From NCBI GenBank assembly GCA_964393205.1, contig CAYMSV010000002.1, forward strand, positions 28,078 to 92,077: a stretch of DNA of 64,000 bases, read 5' to 3'. Of this stretch, positions 58,573 through 64,000 are shown piece after piece; within the stretch, counting starts at the first letter, position 1, and each line of letters begins with the position of its first letter. The notes beneath the pieces were generated by a model that was given only the letters and a program-made list of their open reading frames with translations, searched no databases and was not told the origin of the DNA. Source of the stretch: an uncultured Pseudomonadales bacterium. Lineage in GTDB: Bacteria; Patescibacteriota; Microgenomatia; UBA1400; PJMF01. A program made the translations under genes and the position numbers.

Positions 58573-60333
58573 GTGCAAGAACTTGTCTTGTCACCTCTAC
58601 TTTCAAAATCTCAAGCCCACCATTTTGTGGCTTTTCTCAACAATCGCCAAGAAAACTTAATCATTGCCTTTAGTCTTGAGGGGCCAGACGCTCATTTTTT
58701 TGGTAAAGACCTACAACTAAAAATGGCTAATTGGCAGTTTAAAAAAGCCCAAGAGCTTCATCTAGCTCTACTAGATCTTAATAAAGAATGTCGTCTAAGA
58801 AAATTACAATTAAGTTTTGCCATTACTCTAAAAATCGATCAGCAATTAATTTTAAGCTGTCAGGGTGGTAGCATCCTGCTCAAACGTCAAAATCAAGTTA
58901 AAGAATTACTTGCTAGTCAAGCTGAAATTCTCATGTTAGTGGGGCAATATTTTGAAGGTGATCAGTTGCTACTAATAGCCGGAAATTTAGAACTAGGTCA
59001 AGTAATTGTCGAAAAAAGTCGTAGTCAAACTCTAAAAACAATTCTTGAACAAAAGCTAGATGATTATTTAAATAAAAATTCAAATACAGCTCTTGTTTTG
59101 TGGCATTTTCAAAAAAAAGAAAAAATTATTTGGAGAAAAAAATTAATTAATATTAAAAATTATTTAAGAAAAATTAAAAAATTCTTTAAAAAAATTCCTT
59201 TGTGGTGGAAAAAAATTAAAAATCTTAGACAAGAGCAAAAAAAATATTATCAAAAATTATTTATCACTATTTTTTTCATTATTTTTTTAACAATTGGTTT
59301 TTTAGTACTCGGACAACGACAACAAGAAAAAACACTAGATAGAGTTAATAAAGAAGTTTCGGCACTGGTTCTCAATGAACAAGAATTGGAAACACTTAGC
59401 ACTACTCAACCAGTCTTAGCCAGAGAAAAAATCGATCAGAGTCAACAAGATTTAAACGAACTTTTGAATAATACTAACTCTCTTGCTGCTAAAAAATATA
59501 TTGAACAAGAGATAAATAGATTGAATTTACAGTCAGAAAAATTAGCTAGTGAAAATAGCCTTGATCGTTTGCTTATCTATAGCAATTGGTATGATGATTA
59601 TCCAGATTTTTTAGGAACTAAGCTAATTGCTAGCGAACATGGTATTTTGATAGCCAATGACCAACAAAACCAACTCTTATTAATAAAAGAAAAAAATATT
59701 TTTGATATTTGGGACATCAATTATCAAGATTTTACACTTGATCAAAGTCGCTCTGAACAATTAGGAGTCTTCATAAAAGACCAAGGTGTCAAATACCTAG
59801 ATTGGCAAAATAAAACAGTTACAGAGCTTAAATCTGAAGGTGACTCAGATAGAGATGGACAATTACTAGAAAGTTACCAAAATTACCTTTATTTATTAAA
59901 CCCAGAAAAACGCAATATTTATCGCTATACCTTGAGAAATGAGGAACTCAGTGAAGCAATCGGCTGGTTAGTCGAAAAACAAGGTATAAGTTTTAATAAT
60001 GTCAGTGATATGAGTGTTGATGGCAACTTATGGTTAAGTTTTAAAGATGGAAACGTCCTGAAATTTGATCGAGGCTATCAAGAAGAATTTAGCTTAACTG
60101 GGCTTAATCAAGTTCCAGATGACACCTTACTTATGGCAAGTAGAGAAAATTCAGAAAAATTAGTCTTCTTAGACAAGAGCAATAGACGTTTAATCCTTAC
60201 TACCAGAGACGGTCAATTAATTAATGAAATAAAAAGCAATGAGCTGGCTGGAGTCAGCGATATCACTTTAGCAATTGATGGAGAAAGTTGTTTTGCCTTA
60301 AGTGGATCAGTCATTTATCAAATCCAGCTTTAA
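58573..60333 (+). CDS. Hypothetical membrane protein (N-terminal cytoplasmic domain, Lys-rich linker, one TM, large C-terminal extracytoplasmic domain)
   Basis: 586 aa. TM helix LFITIFFIIFLTIGFLVLG near the middle. No catalytic motif. Confidence 0.45.
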   Translation: MQELVLSPLLSKSQAHHFVAFLNNRQENLIIAFSLEGPDAHFFGKDLQLKMANWQFKKAQELHLALLDLNKECRLRKLQLSFAITLKIDQQLILSCQGGSILLKRQNQVKELLASQAEILMLVGQYFEGDQLLLIAGNLELGQVIVEKSRSQTLKTILEQKLDDYLNKNSNTALVLWHFQKKEKIIWRKKLINIKNYLRKIKKFFKKIPLWWKKIKNLRQEQKKYYQKLFITIFFIIFLTIGFLVLGQRQQEKTLDRVNKEVSALVLNEQELETLSTTQPVLAREKIDQSQQDLNELLNNTNSLAAKKYIEQEINRLNLQSEKLASENSLDRLLIYSNWYDDYPDFLGTKLIASEHGILIANDQQNQLLLIKEKNIFDIWDINYQDFTLDQSRSEQLGVFIKDQGVKYLDWQNKTVTELKSEGDSDRDGQLLESYQNYLYLLNPEKRNIYRYTLRNEELSEAIGWLVEKQGISFNNVSDMSVDGNLWLSFKDGNVLKFDRGYQEEFSLTGLNQVPDDTLLMASRENSEKLVFLDKSNRRLILTTRDGQLINEIKSNELAGVSDITLAIDGESCFALSGSVIYQIQL

Positions 60334-60351
60334 AACTGTTACAATAACGGC

Positions 60352-60822
60352 ATGCTGTTATTGAAGAATAAAAAAGCTTATTACGATTACCAACTAGACC
60401 AAAAATACAAAGCGGGTATTGTTTTAAGTGGAGCTGAAGTAAAAAGTCTAAGGTTAAAACATGGAAGTTTGGCTGGAAGCTACATCAAAGCCATGTCTGG
60501 AAAAAGTGGAAAAACAGAATTGTTTTTAATTAATGCTCAAGTTAATGCTTATCGCTTTGCTGCACAAAATAAAGATTATGATCCAAAAAGAAGTCGTAAA
60601 CTACTACTTAAACGTAAAGAAATTGAACAATTAGTAATAGCCAGTGAACAAAAATCTTATAGCATTGTGCCTTTAGCTTTTTTATTAGAACATAATAAAA
60701 TCAAGCTTGAACTGGCCTTAGGTAGAGGTAAAAAAAGTTTTGAAAAAAGAGAAGACATTAAAAAAAGAGATTTAAAAAGAGAATTAAATAAAAAACTTAA
60801 ACAAAGTCAAATTAAAATCTAA
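60352..60822 (+). CDS. smpB: SsrA-binding protein SmpB
   Basis: NKKAYYDYQL...AGIVLSGAEVKSLR signature with a basic C-terminal tail. Partner of the tmRNA at 17290-17691. Confidence 0.9.
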   Translation: MLLLKNKKAYYDYQLDQKYKAGIVLSGAEVKSLRLKHGSLAGSYIKAMSGKSGKTELFLINAQVNAYRFAAQNKDYDPKRSRKLLLKRKEIEQLVIASEQKSYSIVPLAFLLEHNKIKLELALGRGKKSFEKREDIKKRDLKRELNKKLKQSQIKI

Positions 60823-60892
60823 ATCCACTCTTGCTTAGAGAGCAAATTTGCTTTTTAATGGAATATAACAATTTAATTTAAAAAAGGAATTT

Positions 60893-61120
60893 ATGCCTAA
60901 AAAAGTTTTTTGGCCAGCCACCTTAGTCGTTATGGGTTTAATTTTTATGGCCTCAAATATGGGTCTTTTACCTCTAGCCTTTTGGAATCTTTGGCCCTTA
61001 ATTTTGGTCATTGTTGGTTTAGGGGGTTTAATCACCGCAGATCAAGATGAGTGGATAGTTAATAGTAAAAATAAAAAAACGACAAAGAAAAAGAAAAAGA
61101 GAACTGCCCGTAAAAAATAA
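60893..61120 (+). CDS. Hypothetical small membrane protein with a poly-Lys C-terminus
   Basis: Two TM helices, then KKTTKKKKKRTARKK. Confidence 0.35.
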   Translation: MPKKVFWPATLVVMGLIFMASNMGLLPLAFWNLWPLILVIVGLGGLITADQDEWIVNSKNKKTTKKKKKRTARKK

Positions 61121-61152
61121 GGTTTAATATTGTTTATTTTAGAAAGCTCTTT

Positions 61153-61869
61153 ATGAGTCAATCTTCTGATTTTTTTCAAATTGCTATTGATGGTCCAGTT
61201 GCAGCTGGTAAAGGCACTGCTTCTCGCTTATTAGCCGAAAAATTAAACTTTTTATACGTCGATACTGGAGCAATGTATCGAGCAGCTGCATTACTAGCTA
61301 TACAAAACCAACTAGACTTTGATCAAGAAGATGCAATTGTTTCTCTAATAGCTGAAAGCGAATTAAAGATGCGCAATCCAGAGGGAGATAAAGAAGCCGA
61401 CGGTCGACTAACCACTCTTATTCTCAACGGTAAAGATGTGTCTTGGGCCATTCGTACTGCCAAATGTAGTGACGGTTCTTCAAAAGTAGCTGTTTTACCA
61501 AAAGTTAGAAAAGTTTTAGTTGAAAAACAAAAGAAAATCGCTCAAACACAAAACGTAGTAATGGAAGGTCGTGATATCACCTTCAAGGTTTTACCAGAAG
61601 CAGATTTAAAAATATTTTTGACTGCAGACCTAGCAGTTCGTGCAAAAAGACGTCATTTACAGTATTTAACTAAAGGTGTTAATAAAAGTTTAAAGGAAGT
61701 TGCAGCTGAGGTCAAAGAAAGGGATGACAGAGACATGAGTCGTCAAATTGACCCACTACATCCAACTTCCGATTCTTGGGTTCTAGATTCTACTAATCTT
61801 AGTATTAGAGAAGTAGTCTCTCTAATTGCAGATAAGGTTCAATTGATGATGAAAGAAAAAACTAAGTAA
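61153..61869 (+). CDS. cmk: Cytidylate kinase
   Basis: IAIDGPVAAGKGTASRLLAEKL P-loop and YVDTGAMYRA. Confidence 0.9.
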   Translation: MSQSSDFFQIAIDGPVAAGKGTASRLLAEKLNFLYVDTGAMYRAAALLAIQNQLDFDQEDAIVSLIAESELKMRNPEGDKEADGRLTTLILNGKDVSWAIRTAKCSDGSSKVAVLPKVRKVLVEKQKKIAQTQNVVMEGRDITFKVLPEADLKIFLTADLAVRAKRRHLQYLTKGVNKSLKEVAAEVKERDDRDMSRQIDPLHPTSDSWVLDSTNLSIREVVSLIADKVQLMMKEKTK

Positions 61870-61872
61870 TTT

Positions 61873-62073
61873 ATGAGAAAACATCAAGCTGATGAACAAC
61901 TAGTACTTGATTTAAAAAAAGATACACAAAAAATCGAAAAAGCTTATCGCAAAAAACAAAGCAATCGAAAAAAGGCCAAAAAAGCTCAAGAAGATTTGTC
62001 TCAACAATGGCTAGCTCCATTACTATTAATGATTACTCTAGTTATTGGCTATTTACTATATTTATTTTATTAA
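61873..62073 (+). CDS. Hypothetical small protein with C-terminal TM helix
   Basis: 66 aa. Charged N-terminus, C-terminal hydrophobic segment. Confidence 0.3.
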   Translation: MRKHQADEQLVLDLKKDTQKIEKAYRKKQSNRKKAKKAQEDLSQQWLAPLLLMITLVIGYLLYLFY

Positions 62074-62075
62074 TT

Positions 62076-64000
62076 TTATAAAACCTGACCCCCTTGATGA
62101 GAAGCTTGCTCTAAAGCTTGCCGTTCCTGTTCTTTTGCCAAATCAATAAAATATTGATTACTACAATAAGTAGTTGGTTCTGTGCCAGAAACAAAGATTT
62201 CTTCCACTACTTTTGGACAAGCACTACAAGGTAAAGTGCCAGTCGCAGCACAAATCTTAAGCTTAATCAAATTACTAGGAATTACAAAACGATGGGGGTT
62301 GAAATTGTCTAGAAGTAATAAGAAGATCTTATTCCAGATTGGCGAAGCTCCTGTAATACCAGAGGCAACATAGCTCATTGGTGTATTATCATTATTGCCA
62401 ACCCAAGTAGCAACAAGCCGGTCTGTTGTATAGCCGATAGTCCAATTGTCTTTCATACTATTAGTGGTTCCGGTCTTAACTGCCACCTGCTGATTGGGAA
62501 TATTTAGCACTGAGTACCAACCGAAAGTCCCTGCCCTAGCCTGGTTATCAGACAAAATATCGGAGATAGTATAAGCAACTTTCGGACTTAATTTAAGCGA
62601 TGTATAACAGTTATCTTCTTCTATAGCACAATGGTTACGATATAAAAGTTGACCTTTAGAGTTTCTTATTTCTAAAAAAGCATTAGCTTGAACTGGATAA
62701 CCTAAATTAGCAAAAGCACTAAAAAGCTCAGCCATATCTAGCATCAAAACCTCACCAGCACCCAAAGTTAAAGATAAACCAAAACGATTACGATCAGTCC
62801 AGGTACTAATTCCTAATTCTTGACCCTTATCAATTAAATTATGTACACCAAGTTCTGCCAATAATTTAACTGCTGGTATGTTGTAAGACGAAGCTAATGC
62901 TTCTCGCAAAGTAACACTTCCACGAAAACGACCATCATAATTACGAGGAGTGTAAGGGCGACTACCAATTATTTGATAAGTAATGCTACTGTCTTCAATA
63001 ACATCACTAGGTCTTCTACCTTGTTCAAAAGCTAAAGCATAAGTTAGGGGTTTTATGGAAGAACCTGGCTGACGCGGTCTAAGCACCACATTGACTTGAC
63101 CATCGTGAGCAAAATCAAAATAGTTGGCACCACCCACCATTGCCAAAATCTCCCCGGTTTTAGGATTAGTAACTAATGCCGCACCATTAGTTATTTTTAG
63201 ATTTCTCAAACGGCTAATTTCTTCACTAATAATTTCTTGAGCCTCGTCCTGTAAATTTAAATCTAGAGTAGTTCTAACTTCCAATCCCCCCTTGGCCACC
63301 AAGTCTTCACCATACATATCTGCTAACAATTTCTTAACGTACATTACAAAATGAGGAGCTTTAATATCAACCACATCTTCCCTAAAAATTAATTTTTCCG
63401 CCTGAGCCTCATCAGCCTGTATTTGAGTAATATAGCCGTCTTCCACCATTCTCCTGAGGACATCAGCTTGACGTGATCTAGCTATTTCTGGATTTCCTCC
63501 AAAGGGTGAATATAAACTTGGAGCTTGAGGTAAACCAGCCAACAACGCACTTTCAGCTAACGTTAGGTTTATGGCTTTTTTATTAAAATATCGCCAAGCA
63601 GCTTCTTCAATTCCATAAGTAGAACCACCATAAGGCACAGTGTTTAAATACATTTCTAAAATTTCATTTTTTTCATAGGCTCCTTCAACAACTAAAGCTA
63701 ACAATATCTCTCTTAACTTTCTTTGTAAGGTGCGTTCGCTACTTAACAAACGACTTTTAACTAACTGCTGAGTGATAGTAGAACCACCCTGTGTTTTCTC
63801 ACTAACCATATTGCTTGCAAAAGCTCTTAAAATACCTGTAGGAGAAAAACCAAAATGTTGGTAAAAATTTTTATCTTCAATAGCAATAGTGGCATTAATT
63901 AGGTGCTCAGAAACACGATCAAGCGGCACTAAGGTTCTATTTTCATCTTCATATATACGATACAAGAGTTGACCATTTCGATCTAAAATACGAGTGGTTA
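62076..64000 (-). CDS. Class A penicillin-binding protein (PBP1A-type), 5'-truncated by window end
   Basis: GT51 motifs (EDKNFYQHFG, GGSTITQQL) and transpeptidase motifs (SSIKP, SYN, KTGT). The reading frame stays open upstream to position 64000 (…TTRILDRNGQLLYRIYED). The 'M' in the ORF track is a TTG. Confidence 0.85.
   Translation of the reverse strand, partial: TTRILDRNGQLLYRIYEDENRTLVPLDRVSEHLINATIAIEDKNFYQHFGFSPTGILRAFASNMVSEKTQGGSTITQQLVKSRLLSSERTLQRKLREILLALVVEGAYEKNEILEMYLNTVPYGGSTYGIEEAAWRYFNKKAINLTLAESALLAGLPQAPSLYSPFGGNPEIARSRQADVLRRMVEDGYITQIQADEAQAEKLIFREDVVDIKAPHFVMYVKKLLADMYGEDLVAKGGLEVRTTLDLNLQDEAQEIISEEISRLRNLKITNGAALVTNPKTGEILAMVGGANYFDFAHDGQVNVVLRPRQPGSSIKPLTYALAFEQGRRPSDVIEDSSITYQIIGSRPYTPRNYDGRFRGSVTLREALASSYNIPAVKLLAELGVHNLIDKGQELGISTWTDRNRFGLSLTLGAGEVLMLDMAELFSAFANLGYPVQANAFLEIRNSKGQLLYRNHCAIEEDNCYTSLKLSPKVAYTISDILSDNQARAGTFGWYSVLNIPNQQVAVKTGTTNSMKDNWTIGYTTDRLVATWVGNNDNTPMSYVASGITGASPIWNKIFLLLLDNFNPHRFVIPSNLIKLKICAATGTLPCSACPKVVEEIFVSGTEPTTYCSNQYFIDLAKEQERQALEQASHQGGQVL

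Overview
This is an AT-rich, densely packed window that is almost entirely housekeeping genes, with about 77 features on both strands. The left 50 kb is transcribed mostly on the minus strand.

**Left half, 1 to about 28 kb:**
- rpsL (partial), rpoC and rpoB
- mltG, ruvX, a sortase, and a 746-aa membrane protein
- a short alaS
- tRNA-Val, a comF-like gene, an unannotated tmRNA, ftsK, RNase J, a family-4 UDG, and a Lon-like AAA+ module
- a pentose cluster (PfkB kinase, LOG, Rpe, RpiB)

**Middle, about 28 to 50 kb:**
- a YjjX-family NTPase, sufCD, two Nudix genes, and sodA
- a LacD-like aldolase, pnp, rpsO, a short infB, and nusA
- hrcA-grpE-dnaK-dnaJ with CIRCE-like operators
- a GT1 glycosyltransferase, a 5'-3' exonuclease, ftsH, trpS, and a XerD-like recombinase

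**Right part, about 50 to 64 kb:**
- a small plus-strand block (SDR, TspO, DUF2177)
- a tRNA cluster (a compact initiator tRNA-fMet and a tRNA-Met/Ile2(CAT))
- groESL with a CIRCE-like site
- a tsaC-tsaE fusion gene followed by tsaD
- smpB, cmk, and a 5'-truncated class A PBP

Many core proteins are domain-reduced: AlaRS lacks its C-terminal part, IF2 lacks its N-terminal region, HrcA is short, and DnaJ has no zinc finger. Together with the minimal sugar-phosphate metabolism, this suggests a reduced-genome, CPR-like or Gram-positive-like organism. That is an inference.

The most interesting signals are:
- a sortase with an operonic partner protein, plus two dispersed paralogous small secreted proteins carrying LPE[S/A]G sorting signals
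- a Lon homolog that is only the AAA+ module
- an unannotated tmRNA with a Mollicutes-like tag ending in AFA
- an 18-nt direct repeat of the tRNA-fMet 3' end with a tRNA T-arm remnant, a possible integration scar, near a XerD-like recombinase and a TspO/SDR block
- a set of three divergent CIRCE operators
- a TsaC-TsaE fusion gene

I found no CRISPR array and no rRNA genes.
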